Source of the DNA: an uncultured Staphylococcaceae bacterium
GTDB taxonomy: Bacteria; Bacillota_I; Bacilli_A; RFN20; CAG-826
Assembly (NCBI GenBank): GCA_964654155.1
Contig: CAZZGL010000002.1
Span: 35,902-99,901, forward strand
DNA: 64,000 nt
Direction of reading: 5' to 3'
In this document: one piece after another, positions 48,160 through 58,624 of the stretch
Position numbering within the stretch: position 1 is the first letter of the stretch
How the letters are laid out: each line of letters starts with the position of its first letter
Translations under genes and position numbers: made by a program
The notes under the pieces: model-generated
What the model was told of the DNA's origin: nothing
Seen by the model: the letters and a program-made list of their open reading frames with translations, nothing else
Database searches by the model: none

Positions 48160-49545
48160 TTATAAAGTGATACCAAATGGTAAAGTGGTTGTTCCAATAT
48201 TTGAAAATTCTAAAGTATAATTACCGGCATAAACATCCCAGCCATTATTGTAACTATAAACAATATAAATAGTTTTTAAATTATTATTATCATCTAAAGT
48301 AATATCGAATTGACTTGTATAACCATTTAATTCTGTTGTAGATGAAATTGGTGGTACAAAGCATTCAGAAGCAATATATGGTAATAATTCACTAGTAGCG
48401 CTATAGACTTTAGTGTCTTCATTATAATCGAATACTTCTGGAGCAACATCACTAATTATTGGACGGAAATAATCAACAGAAGCACCGATTACTTGGGAGA
48501 ATCCGTTGCTAATTGCTGCCGCAGCAGTCCATTTATCATTCACATCATCATATCCCCATGGAGTAACAGTTCTTGTGGTTTCATCCACTCTTAAAATCAT
48601 ATCATTGCTTTGGCTTGGTTCATCTGGTGCAGTTAAATCATCTTGAGTACTGGATCTAACTTGCCAATAAATATCACTATCAGCAAAATAGAAAGTATGA
48701 ACAATAGTTGTGGTATCTGTTCCATAATCATTAGAATCCCATTTAACTTTTAAAGTATAGTTGTTTTCAATATTCTCAAAAGCGGTTTTTAATGGAGCAT
48801 GATAACTCTTAGTTTTTCTTAATTCAGGAACTGCAATTTTAGCGGAACCAACATCGGAGAATCTAATTCTTACCTCTGTTTCAAGTTCATAATATTGATT
48901 TTGTTGTCCAACGGTTGCGTAATCTTGAATTACAACTGGTTCAATTTTAGCGGACTTTAAGGTTCCGTTTTCAATGGTAAATTCTGCTTTTTCACATGTT
49001 TCATAGAAAACATTGTCTATTTGACCAAAAAGCATATAAGAAAGCCAAAATGCTTTTGATTTATCTAACTCATATACATTTCCTGATTTTTTAGTAAAAT
49101 CACTCGCTGAAATATGGGTAAATGGATTGTCAAAATAATAAGAATAGTTAATGCTATTTCCTAATGAATCAACCGCTGCAACTGCTTCTAATTTATTTTT
49201 ATAACCTAATTCATAGAAATAAGCACAGCCATCGTTTCCTTTGATGAAGGTATCATCTAGTTTTGTAACTTCTGAACCATTTGAAACATAAGTGACTTTT
49301 TGACTAACGCCAACAATGTCAGAATTTTGATAATTATAAGAAATAGTATAAATATTTTCACTGCTTTCTCCAGTTCTTTCACCTTCAGAAGCAGTTAACC
49401 AATATGCTGTTTGAGAAATAGTTCCTTCAACAACAAATCCTTTGCAAAGATCCTTAACAATTGAATTAAGTTCATCGCCTCCACAACTTGTAAGTGGAAT
49501 TATTGCTGCGGCGCTTAAAACCGCACATAAAATTTTCTTGTTCAT
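48160..49545 (-). CDS. Lipoprotein, hypothetical
   Basis: Signal peptide and lipobox LTSC. Confidence 0.5.
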   Translation of the reverse strand: MNKKILCAVLSAAAIIPLTSCGGDELNSIVKDLCKGFVVEGTISQTAYWLTASEGERTGESSENIYTISYNYQNSDIVGVSQKVTYVSNGSEVTKLDDTFIKGNDGCAYFYELGYKNKLEAVAAVDSLGNSINYSYYFDNPFTHISASDFTKKSGNVYELDKSKAFWLSYMLFGQIDNVFYETCEKAEFTIENGTLKSAKIEPVVIQDYATVGQQNQYYELETEVRIRFSDVGSAKIAVPELRKTKSYHAPLKTAFENIENNYTLKVKWDSNDYGTDTTTIVHTFYFADSDIYWQVRSSTQDDLTAPDEPSQSNDMILRVDETTRTVTPWGYDDVNDKWTAAAAISNGFSQVIGASVDYFRPIISDVAPEVFDYNEDTKVYSATSELLPYIASECFVPPISSTTELNGYTSQFDITLDDNNNLKTIYIVYSYNNGWDVYAGNYTLEFSNIGTTTLPFGITL

Positions 49546-49560
49546 TTTTTGTTCTCCTTT

Positions 49561-50943
49561 TTATTTAGTTAATGTTTCTAAGAAATTTTCAATATATGTT
49601 GCATAATCGCTATTAGATGCTTGACCAAAAGATGATATCGTTTTTGTTGTTTGTTTTCCTAATGGTTCTTTTGTTGTAACATCATAATAATCCGCAACCA
49701 TCGTTATTGTTGAATATGGTTCCATATTACCTTCACGTAAATTATAAGAAATGTATATCTTTCCAATATATTCTTTTTGCTTATCAATGGTATTATCAAT
49801 GCAATCTTCATATTCTTCTAATAAAGTTGCATCACTGCAAGTATAGACTTCATCAGCAAATGTACAAATATCGAATATATTTGAAGGTATGACGTAATCT
49901 AAATCATAGATTGCTTTATAGTTTGTCTTTTTGCCTAATTTAACATTGCCTGTTGAAGAATCAACTGTATATTCATAAATTCCATCTTCTATTGTCTTAT
50001 TACCGGAAATCGAAACGAATCCTTTTACAATCTCGATTTCATTTATTTCATCCCAAACTGATATTTGAACATAATTAGATGTTACTATATAGTTGGTATT
50101 TTCATCAATTGAAACTGTGTAATCTTTATTATCTAAAAGTGTTTTTAGTTTATCTTCATCCGAATCTAAAACTTCTTCACTAGGACCTTTTCCTTCTTTA
50201 AGATATTCTTCAATATAAGGAATTGTTGTAGTTCCAATATCTTTAACTTCTAAAGTATAAGTACCAAGATCTATTCCAAAGCAAGTAGCTTTATACTGAA
50301 TTATTAATCCATCACCACTTAATCCTAATCTTGCTTGTACTTCTTGATAACGAAGAGTATCTTGTATTCCAATTGCAGGAATAACATCAATTACTTTTTT
50401 ATAATCAATATTATACATTCCTGGAACTGCAGGTGATTCAGTAAGACCTTCTAAACTATTAATATCAAATAACTTAAATGAATAGGCTATTTTTTCCATT
50501 CTAACTGAAGAACTATTTTTATTAATTTCTGCGGTATAAATATCATGAAGATTATTTTTATCGTCATCTTTTAAATAATTAGATTTTAAAACCAAACTAT
50601 CTTCTTCAATTTTAAACATAAAAATGCCAATCTCATTTTCAGCATACCCTCTTGTATCAATGTCATCAAAATATCCTGGCGCATTATAATAGGTAGCATT
50701 AGGTAAAATTCGACTTTTCCACTCACCATCACTATCGTTGATAACCATTGTATAGTTTTGATTTGTTTGTAAATCAACAATTAAATCTTTTATTTTTTCT
50801 AAATTAGTTCTGGTGTCAACAACTGTTGATGTAGGTGGTTCTAAGGAAGGTTCTGTAGTTGAAGAAGCATTACCTTGACCTTCATTACAGCCCGCTAGAG
50901 CAACCATAAGAAGTAAAGATAAAAATAAAATTTTCTTTTTCAT
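49561..50943 (-). CDS. Lipoprotein, hypothetical
   Basis: Signal peptide and lipobox LAGC. Confidence 0.5.
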   Translation of the reverse strand: MKKKILFLSLLLMVALAGCNEGQGNASSTTEPSLEPPTSTVVDTRTNLEKIKDLIVDLQTNQNYTMVINDSDGEWKSRILPNATYYNAPGYFDDIDTRGYAENEIGIFMFKIEEDSLVLKSNYLKDDDKNNLHDIYTAEINKNSSSVRMEKIAYSFKLFDINSLEGLTESPAVPGMYNIDYKKVIDVIPAIGIQDTLRYQEVQARLGLSGDGLIIQYKATCFGIDLGTYTLEVKDIGTTTIPYIEEYLKEGKGPSEEVLDSDEDKLKTLLDNKDYTVSIDENTNYIVTSNYVQISVWDEINEIEIVKGFVSISGNKTIEDGIYEYTVDSSTGNVKLGKKTNYKAIYDLDYVIPSNIFDICTFADEVYTCSDATLLEEYEDCIDNTIDKQKEYIGKIYISYNLREGNMEPYSTITMVADYYDVTTKEPLGKQTTKTISSFGQASNSDYATYIENFLETLTK

Positions 50944-50975
50944 AAATTTTCTCCTTTCTTGTTTCTATATATTAT

Positions 50976-51050
50976 GTACACATGTGCGTAACGCACGCGC
51001 GTGTATGAATATTTAAAAGATATATTTAAAACTTAAAATTGTCAAGTAAA
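50976..51050 (-). promoter_or_regulatory. Promoter (TTGACA-17-TATATC, minus strand) and GC-rich triple palindrome in the leader of the 3-gene lipoprotein operon
   Basis: CACATGTG, GTGCGTAACGCAC and ACGCGCGT are overlapping palindromes at 50976-51006. They lie immediately downstream of the predicted -10. Confidence 0.35.
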
Positions 51051-51076
51051 TTCTTTTCTTAAAAAACTACTAAACG

Positions 51077-51106
51077 CCAAAAAAGCTTTGCTAAAATCAG
51101 CAAAGC
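51077..51106 (-). terminator. Rho-independent terminator of the CotH-like lipoprotein gene
   Basis: GCTTTGCT-aaaatc-AGCAAAGC, a perfect 8-bp stem, followed on the minus strand by TTTTTTGG. Confidence 0.6.
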
Positions 51107-51144
51107 AATTAAGTTTTATTTAAATTATCTAGTTTCTGTGATTA

Positions 51145-52830
51145 TTAATATTTTGATAAAGCTTCTTTAAAAAAATCTAAATATATTCTTGAACGATGAT
51201 TAATAAAATCACGAGTGCTTCTAATACTTTTCTCCCAATCTTTATAAAAACTATCTGGTTGTCCCCATCTAATTCCCGCTTCTTTTTTATAATCAACAAC
51301 AGAATCGACCATTTCAACTAAAATCTCATTTGCAATTTTTGAAGTTAAAACAGTTTCCATCAATTCTTCAGCACGAGCGTATAATCTATCTCTAAAATCC
51401 TCAACTTTTAATAACTTATTAAGCAATGTGAATCGTGAATACGAAAAACTTTGTGTAGGTAATAAATAATTATTATAATCAGTAAATGCAAAATCAAGAT
51501 CATGCAGACAGAATCTCCATTTTCCATCTGTATATTCATTACCTTTTTCCTCGTCAATAGCGCGCCACATTTTCATATTATTATAATTACCAACCGAATC
51601 CCAGTTACCTGCATAATGGTTTGCAATTATAAAATCAATAAAACTATCAATATCTATATACTTATCTAATAATTTTTCATACTGACTTGGTTTTGTTAAA
51701 TCACAAGAATTAATATATTGATTAAAATCTTCAAAACATTCTTTTCCTAATTCTTCATTGCCATCATCAAATGTTAAGACACCTTTATATTCATAAATAA
51801 CTACATTATCTTTATCAACATTATAATTGTTTTCAAAATAAACATCGCTATAATGCTCACGAATATAATAAATACCCCAATACTCTCCGTTTAAAAAGGC
51901 AATACATGGTCTACAAGCAGAAGTTGCGACATTTGTATCCGCGAACAAATTATGAATTAACGCATCATTAAATCCAGTCCAGCTTTCAAAGCAATTTCCT
52001 CCATTGTGGAGTCTGAATCTAGTTAATCCTGTAAGAGGTTCATCTTTAAAGCCTCTTTTCGTTCTTCCATCAAAAATATCAACATTAATCGGTTTATTTT
52101 TATTTCCATTTTGATCTTTATTAAAATTAAGATTAAGTGTTCTTTGAGGATAACCTTTTGAGTAATTACCTCCTAATTTAATTTTACTATTAACATAAAA
52201 TGTTTCATTTAAAACCGGATCAAAATATTCTAAATTAACTCTTTTAGAGGTATCATTTAAAATATCGTTATACATTCCTTTGCTTCCAAACCAATCTTTA
52301 AATGGCATTGATAAAGATACAATAGGTATTGTCAAATATTTACTTTCCTTATCGATTATATATGTCAAGCTTCTATTTAAAATTTCTGTCTCATTAACTT
52401 CATCTTTAACAGAAATAGTAATTACATTACATCTATCTAATGTTGGATATTTTTTCGGTACTTGAATGTTATTAATATAATTAGTGCTTGAAACTTTTTG
52501 ATCTGTGGTATTAGCTAAAATACCATCAACATGAGTGGTCAACGGATAATCATCAATATCATTTGTCGGAAGAATATCTATTTCAATAGGATTAATAAAA
52601 GGGATATCAGGTTCAGTATAATCTAATGAATAATAAACTGCATAATTTTCATTTTTTACTTTAACTTCAATATCTAGTGCCGAATCATAAATACCTGGCA
52701 AGTAATTTACATAAACATCTTCACACAATTGATGAAATCCTTTAAATTCATCATTAATTTCTATGTTTGTTCCACTACATCCACTAAGCAATAATGCAAT
52801 CGCAGAAATAAAAATATATTTTTTTTGCAT
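51145..52830 (-). CDS. CotH-family (kinase-like) lipoprotein
   Basis: Lipobox LSGC. The C-terminal segment NYNNMKMWRAIDEEKGNEYTDGKWRFCLHDLDFAF resembles the CotH conserved core. Confidence 0.45.
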   Translation of the reverse strand: MQKKYIFISAIALLLSGCSGTNIEINDEFKGFHQLCEDVYVNYLPGIYDSALDIEVKVKNENYAVYYSLDYTEPDIPFINPIEIDILPTNDIDDYPLTTHVDGILANTTDQKVSSTNYINNIQVPKKYPTLDRCNVITISVKDEVNETEILNRSLTYIIDKESKYLTIPIVSLSMPFKDWFGSKGMYNDILNDTSKRVNLEYFDPVLNETFYVNSKIKLGGNYSKGYPQRTLNLNFNKDQNGNKNKPINVDIFDGRTKRGFKDEPLTGLTRFRLHNGGNCFESWTGFNDALIHNLFADTNVATSACRPCIAFLNGEYWGIYYIREHYSDVYFENNYNVDKDNVVIYEYKGVLTFDDGNEELGKECFEDFNQYINSCDLTKPSQYEKLLDKYIDIDSFIDFIIANHYAGNWDSVGNYNNMKMWRAIDEEKGNEYTDGKWRFCLHDLDFAFTDYNNYLLPTQSFSYSRFTLLNKLLKVEDFRDRLYARAEELMETVLTSKIANEILVEMVDSVVDYKKEAGIRWGQPDSFYKDWEKSIRSTRDFINHRSRIYLDFFKEALSKY

Positions 52831-52928
52831 TTTTTTGTTTCCTCATTACATTTAAATTATAAATAATATATTTATCCATTACTACAAACAAACAATAATA
52901 AAATTAATGTAAATTATAAATTAGCTTT

Positions 52929-53678
52929 TTATTTTAATTCAATAAAAACTTCTGTAGTTTTGCCTTTTGAAACAACAAATTTAGAATCTTTGCTCATAGT
53001 AAAAAAATCTTGGGCTCGTCTAACTTTATATTTATTAAAATTAAATTGAGGAAACTTCTGATAGATTTTTTGCATTAATTTACTTAATAAATATTGTCCT
53101 GGATTATTTTCTAATACTTTAATAGCAAAATTTTCCACTTCTTCTTTTAAAAGATCTTTGTCTTTTTTCATAGACTCGGATTTAGAAACTTTCTTTCTCT
53201 TCTTTTTATCTTTTGTTTCCTTTTCAATTGTCACTTCTTTATCAGATAATTCATCTAAATAGAAAAAACGATCGCAAGCCTTAACAAACGATGGGGCGGT
53301 CTTCTTTTCACCCGCGCCGATAACGAATATATTAGATTCTTTTAATCTTTTAACAAGACCTGTATAATCGCTATCGCTAGACATAAGACAAAAAGCATCA
53401 ACATTTTCCGAATATAAAATATCCATCGCGTCTATAATTAAACGCGAATCTGAGGCATTTTTCCCTTTTGTGTATCGATATTGTTGAACTGGTGTAATTG
53501 CGTAATCATTCGCTAATATTTTCCAGTTTTTTGAAGATGATAAAGTAAAATCTCCATACATTCTTAAATATGTGATTTTACCAAGAACATTAAGTTCTTC
53601 TTTTAATGCTTCTAAGTACTTGCTTGATACATTTTCTGTATCAATTAATAATGCAATTGTATAGTTGTTATTTTCCAT
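52929..53678 (-). CDS. NYN-domain (LabA-like) protein with a C-terminal OST-HTH/LOTUS-like domain
   Basis: The IALLIDTENV...DSRLIIDAMD...SSDSDY acidic residues fit the NYN/PIN fold. A C-terminal ~70 aa helical RNA-binding-like module. It overlaps the upstream ABC gene by 11 nt. Confidence 0.6.
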   Translation of the reverse strand: MENNNYTIALLIDTENVSSKYLEALKEELNVLGKITYLRMYGDFTLSSSKNWKILANDYAITPVQQYRYTKGKNASDSRLIIDAMDILYSENVDAFCLMSSDSDYTGLVKRLKESNIFVIGAGEKKTAPSFVKACDRFFYLDELSDKEVTIEKETKDKKKRKKVSKSESMKKDKDLLKEEVENFAIKVLENNPGQYLLSKLMQKIYQKFPQFNFNKYKVRRAQDFFTMSKDSKFVVSKGKTTEVFIELK

Positions 53679-55470
53679 ATTTCTCCTTTTCTTTATTTTC
53701 AAATTGAAGGCGGTAAAGATTATAATAATAACCTTTCTTTTTTAATAATGATTGATGATTTCCTGTTTCAATTATTTCTCCATTTTGAAGAACTATAATT
53801 TGGTCAGCGTGTTGAATTGTGCTTAATCTATGAGCTACAATTAACATAGTACCTAGATTCATCATTTTTTCTAAAGATTTTTGAATTAATACTTCTGTTT
53901 CTGTATCAATATTCGCAGTTGCTTCATCTAATATCATTAATGATGGTTTATGTAAAACTGTTCTTGTAAATGATAAAAGTTGTCTTTCTCCGGCAGAAAA
54001 ATTATTTCCTTTTTCTAAAACTTGTTCATGATAACCATTTGATAATTTTGAAATAAATGTATCAGAACCAGTAAATTCACTTGATTCCTTCACTTGTTCA
54101 AGTGAATAAGATTCATCTCTTAATGTTAAATTAGAATAAACTGTTCCACTAAAAAGGAATACATCCTGCAACATTTGACCAATATTTTTTCTTAATGATT
54201 TAATTTTAATTTTTCTAATATTAATACCATCGATATAAATATTTCCTTTTTGAATATCATAATTTCTAACAATTAAAGATAGGATTGTTGTTTTTCCACT
54301 TCCAGTTGCACCTACAAAAGCAACAACTTCTTTAGGATTAACTTTAAAAGAAACATCTTTTAAAATCCATTTTTCTTCTTCATAAGCAAACCAAACATGA
54401 TCAAAAATAATTTCTCCTTTTATATCATTTAATTCTATTGCTCCTTCTTCATCTTTTAAATCCGGCTCAAGATTTAAAAGCAAAAACAATCTCTCACTAG
54501 CCGCGAATGCTTGTTGTAGACCATTAATTTGATCCGCTAGAGATTGAATTGGTTCAAAGAATCTACCTACATATTCATAAAAAGCCCACAATATTTTTAA
54601 ACCATCTTCATCTTTTCCTAAATCAAATACTTTTAAAGATAGATACACTAATGCGGCAATTGATGACATATAAATAAAAGAAACTATTGGTCTAAAAATC
54701 GTAAAAACGATATTTTGTTTAGATCTTGCTTTAACTAATTTTCCATTAACTTTATTAAATTCATCAACTTTTCTTTCTTCTTGATTAAAAATTTGTGTTA
54801 TTTTCATTCCAGATAAGTTTTCATTTAAAAAAGCATTCATTGCCGAAATTTCATGTCTAACATTTCGATACGCTCTTTTTGATAAATAACGGAACAAATA
54901 AGAAAAGAAAGCAACAAGAGGAACTGCAATTATCATATATAAAGCTAATTTTACATGAAGAACAAACATCATTCCTATAACACCAAATAAAGATAATATA
55001 TTCTTCAATGAATTAATTAATATGTTTGTATATAATTCATTAACTGCATTTGTATCACTCGTTACTCTAGAAACTAGTTTTCCAATTGGCACTTCATTTA
55101 ATTGAGCAACCGCTAATGATTCAATATGTTCAAAAACATCTTGTCTTAATTGATAGACAATTTTTTGACCTGTTTTTTGTAAAAACATGCTTTCTAAATA
55201 CATAAAAATTGAACTGGTTAATACACAAGATAAATATCCTATTGATAAAGCAACAATACTTAGGTATTTATAATTTTCAAAATTATAAAGTCTAGATACG
55301 ATTGTACTAGATATGTATGGTCCAATAAGTTCAAGAGCAATAACTATTAACATAAAAATTATTGCAATGATAAATTTTTTTGCATGTGGTTTGATATAAG
55401 AAAAAGAACGCTTTAGTATTTCTTTATCAGACATTACTCTTGTATCATTATGTAAATTTATCTTATTCAT
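53668..55470 (-). CDS. ABC exporter, fused permease/ATPase, subunit B of a heterodimer
   Basis: Six-TM domain plus NBD: Walker A GATGSGKTT, signature LSAGERQ and Walker B ILDEAT. The start at MNKINLH behind a GGAGGG RBS overlaps the upstream stop. Confidence 0.85.
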   Translation of the reverse strand: MNKINLHNDTRVMSDKEILKRSFSYIKPHAKKFIIAIIFMLIVIALELIGPYISSTIVSRLYNFENYKYLSIVALSIGYLSCVLTSSIFMYLESMFLQKTGQKIVYQLRQDVFEHIESLAVAQLNEVPIGKLVSRVTSDTNAVNELYTNILINSLKNILSLFGVIGMMFVLHVKLALYMIIAVPLVAFFSYLFRYLSKRAYRNVRHEISAMNAFLNENLSGMKITQIFNQEERKVDEFNKVNGKLVKARSKQNIVFTIFRPIVSFIYMSSIAALVYLSLKVFDLGKDEDGLKILWAFYEYVGRFFEPIQSLADQINGLQQAFAASERLFLLLNLEPDLKDEEGAIELNDIKGEIIFDHVWFAYEEEKWILKDVSFKVNPKEVVAFVGATGSGKTTILSLIVRNYDIQKGNIYIDGINIRKIKIKSLRKNIGQMLQDVFLFSGTVYSNLTLRDESYSLEQVKESSEFTGSDTFISKLSNGYHEQVLEKGNNFSAGERQLLSFTRTVLHKPSLMILDEATANIDTETEVLIQKSLEKMMNLGTMLIVAHRLSTIQHADQIIVLQNGEIIETGNHQSLLKKKGYYYNLYRLQFENKEKEKYGK

Positions 55471-57220
55471 GATATCCCTCCACTTCTTTTTCAAGTTCTT
55501 GAAGTTCAACCATTTTTCGATATGTTGGAGATATTTTTAATAATTTATCATGCTTATCAAAAGCTTCTATTTCGCCATTATTAAAAACAATAATTCGGTC
55601 AGCTTTTTTAACTGTAGAAACTCTTGATGCCACTATAAGAGTGGTCTTTCCTTTTCTTACTCTTTCTAAATTAGTTAAAATTTTTTCTTCTGTCTTAATA
55701 TCAACTGCAGATACAACATCATCTAAAATAAGAATTGCGGGATCTTTTAATATTGCTCTTGCTAGTGATATTCTTTGTTTTTGCCCTCCAGAAAGTGTTA
55801 CCCCTCTTTCTCCAACAAAAGTTTCATATTGTAAAGTAAATTCTTCGATATTATCTTTAATATCCGCTAAAGCACACGCCTCTTTTATCTCTTCAATTGT
55901 GGCATCTTGTTTTGCAAAGGCTACATTATTAGCGATAGTATCAGAAAATAAAAAATGATCTTGAGGAACATAACCAACACTTTTTCTTAATTTTTTAATA
56001 GATATATCCATGATATCTACATTATCAATATAAAGATTACCTTTTGGAAGATTGTATAAATGTAAGAAAAGGTTAACAAATGTTGTTTTCCCCGATCCTA
56101 TTTTTCCAACAATTCCAATCGTTTCTCCTTTATTAATCTTTAAAGTAATATTTTTTAATGATGGATTTAATGAATTAGGATAAGTAAAAGACAGATTTTT
56201 AATTTCAATATTTCCAAAAATATTCTCTAACTTTATTATTTCACCATCTTTTATTTCTACTTCTTCATCTAGTAATGAAGAAATCCTTTTTAAACTAGCG
56301 TTTCCTCTACTTCTTAAATTAATTATTTGAGCAATTGCTAACATTGGCCAAACAATCGTATTAAAATACCCTACGAATTCAGTAACATTTCCCGCAGTAA
56401 ATTTATGTTCTGAATTAAAAACAAAATACCCTCCGATAATAAAAATTAAAACTATAATTGAATACACTAAAATGTTAATGACAATATCTAATAAAACACT
56501 TAATCGCACTACTTCAATATTAGCTTTTTGGTTCTTTTTATTGATCTTAGCAAATTCTCTTAACTCTTGAGTTTCTTTAACAAATGCTTTAATTACTGAT
56601 AAACCAGTAAAATTTTCTTGTGAAAAGTCGCTCATTTGTTCATAAGCTTCTTGTCTTTCTTTTTGTTTATAATTCATTGCTCTTCCAATAATTCCTCCAC
56701 ATGCAACTAAAAGAATTAATGGAACACAGGCGATTATTCCTAATTGCCAATTAAGAATAATCATTTTAATTAATGCTAATCCACCTAAAAATATAGCATC
56801 TACCATGAAAATAGTTCCACTTGATACAACTTCTTGAACTGTTTCTAAATCGTTGGTGAAGATTGCCATTAGAGCACCAACTTTCTTTTCTTGGTAAAAT
56901 CGAGTTGACAATTTTGTAGCGTGCAAATACATTTCTTTTCTTAAATCCGCCTCCACTAGAAAACCCGCACGTAAAATCGTTATTCTCCAAAGAACCCGCC
57001 CGACAAAAATAGCAACGCCTATTAAGAAAATAGATAAAACAACCTCAGTTAAGCCTTGATTGTCAATTGCGCCATTGTTTTTCATATAATCTATAAGATC
57101 ACCTAGTATTTTTGGTAAACGCAATTGAGCATAATCTACCAAGAGAAGCGCCAAAACACCTAATATTAATAAATACCAGTATTTGCGATAATATTTGTTT
57201 ATAATTCTTCCAAATATCAT
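55463..57220 (-). CDS. ABC exporter, fused permease/ATPase, subunit A of a heterodimer
   Basis: TMD plus NBD: Walker A GKIGSGKTT, signature LSGGQKQR and Walker B ILDD. Confidence 0.85.
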   Translation of the reverse strand: MIFGRIINKYYRKYWYLLILGVLALLLVDYAQLRLPKILGDLIDYMKNNGAIDNQGLTEVVLSIFLIGVAIFVGRVLWRITILRAGFLVEADLRKEMYLHATKLSTRFYQEKKVGALMAIFTNDLETVQEVVSSGTIFMVDAIFLGGLALIKMIILNWQLGIIACVPLILLVACGGIIGRAMNYKQKERQEAYEQMSDFSQENFTGLSVIKAFVKETQELREFAKINKKNQKANIEVVRLSVLLDIVINILVYSIIVLIFIIGGYFVFNSEHKFTAGNVTEFVGYFNTIVWPMLAIAQIINLRSRGNASLKRISSLLDEEVEIKDGEIIKLENIFGNIEIKNLSFTYPNSLNPSLKNITLKINKGETIGIVGKIGSGKTTFVNLFLHLYNLPKGNLYIDNVDIMDISIKKLRKSVGYVPQDHFLFSDTIANNVAFAKQDATIEEIKEACALADIKDNIEEFTLQYETFVGERGVTLSGGQKQRISLARAILKDPAILILDDVVSAVDIKTEEKILTNLERVRKGKTTLIVASRVSTVKKADRIIVFNNGEIEAFDKHDKLLKISPTYRKMVELQELEKEVEGYHE

Positions 57221-57465
57221 TTTTATCTCCTTCCAAGAAACTCATGAAATATTATAACAAATTATATCTAAAACATTAAGATAATAAAACGGCGTTACTA
57301 TATTAAAAATAGAGCTACTTTATAAATTAATTTTAGTAAAAAACATTGCCACAATAATTGTCATATATATTTACAACACAAGAATTCTTCTGGCGATGGA
57401 CCTTTTGTTATCAAGTATTGCCTTTAAATTATCTATGTTTTACAATTATTCTGGAGTTGATGAAT

Positions 57466-58608
57466 ATGAATAAATCTTTTATTAATACTATTTTATATGT
57501 TCTTATCGGGTTATTTGCGTTTTTTATACTCGAAAATCTAAGTTTATACTTAATCCCTTTTATTTTATTTGAAATAATTTTTATTATTAATGTTCTAAAT
57601 TTAGCTTTTAAAAAGCAAAAAAATATTTCTTCTGTAATCATTTCTTCTATCGGAAACCTTATAATCTTACTCTTTTTTGTTTTTTCTTCAAAATATGAAG
57701 ATTATCGAGAAAATATCGTATATATGATAGGTTTAACTTGCTGTATTGTTGGAATACTTAATGCTTTTAAATATTTTAAAGAAACTAAAACTCAACTTTC
57801 AAATATAAAAGCTAATTCACAATTAAATAAACAAAGAAATTCAAAAAAATCATTCTCAATTGGCATCATTTCTAGAAAATGGCATCGAATTAATCTTATA
57901 TATATTGTTACAATAATTACAACAACATCTTTAGTTATCGCTTTTTTCATCCTTACAAAAAACATTTTAATTATGCTTTTAGGATTCTTATTAATCGTCT
58001 TATCATTTTTTATTTTTGTAATATTTAAAACAATCGCGGATCAAAAACCTTTGACAAAATACGCAAATACTTTAAACTACCAAGAATTAGAAAAAGAAAT
58101 AAATGAAATTAATGATAATCCTCGTGTCCACTTTGAAACAAAAAACTATTATTTAATGCTACTTTGTGCTTATTCTCTTGCTGTCGATTATCAAAAATAT
58201 AATAATTATTTCGAATTAATTAAAAAGCCAACTTTTAAGGCTTATGAATTAACTTATGATGGTTTATTCTTACATTGCTTTTTAGATAAAGAAGACTTTG
58301 TTAATGTTTATAACTCTTTATGTGACAAATATAAAAATAACAGAAACGCTTTAAAAGTAATTAATAATTTCTATAAACGATGGAAAATAGTAATATTAAA
58401 CCAACTAGATGATAATATAAATATAATTTGTCCTCTTAATAATAAATTACCATTAATATCCGCTACAAACACTTATATACAAGCACTGTATTATTTGAAC
58501 AATAATGATACAGAAAATGGTCTAAAACTTGCTAATCTATTTTTAAGCAATTATTCCTCTTTAAAAGAATTTGCTAATAAATTAAGTGAAAAAATTAATC
58601 AATTATAA
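57466..58608 (+). CDS. Membrane protein, hypothetical (N-terminal multi-TM, C-terminal soluble helical domain)
   Basis: Hydrophobic N-terminal ~200 aa. The start is placed at the ATG 9 nt after GGAG. Confidence 0.4.
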   Translation: MNKSFINTILYVLIGLFAFFILENLSLYLIPFILFEIIFIINVLNLAFKKQKNISSVIISSIGNLIILLFFVFSSKYEDYRENIVYMIGLTCCIVGILNAFKYFKETKTQLSNIKANSQLNKQRNSKKSFSIGIISRKWHRINLIYIVTIITTTSLVIAFFILTKNILIMLLGFLLIVLSFFIFVIFKTIADQKPLTKYANTLNYQELEKEINEINDNPRVHFETKNYYLMLLCAYSLAVDYQKYNNYFELIKKPTFKAYELTYDGLFLHCFLDKEDFVNVYNSLCDKYKNNRNALKVINNFYKRWKIVILNQLDDNINIICPLNNKLPLISATNTYIQALYYLNNNDTENGLKLANLFLSNYSSLKEFANKLSEKINQL

Positions 58609-58624
58609 TAAATCGAAATTCATC

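Noticed and set aside
52819-52826. Poly-A8 tract in codons 2-4 of the CotH-like lipoprotein gene as a phase-variation switch
   Set aside because: The tract is short for slipped-strand switching. Other lipoprotein genes in the cluster have only A5-A6, so there is no evidence of a designed contingency locus.
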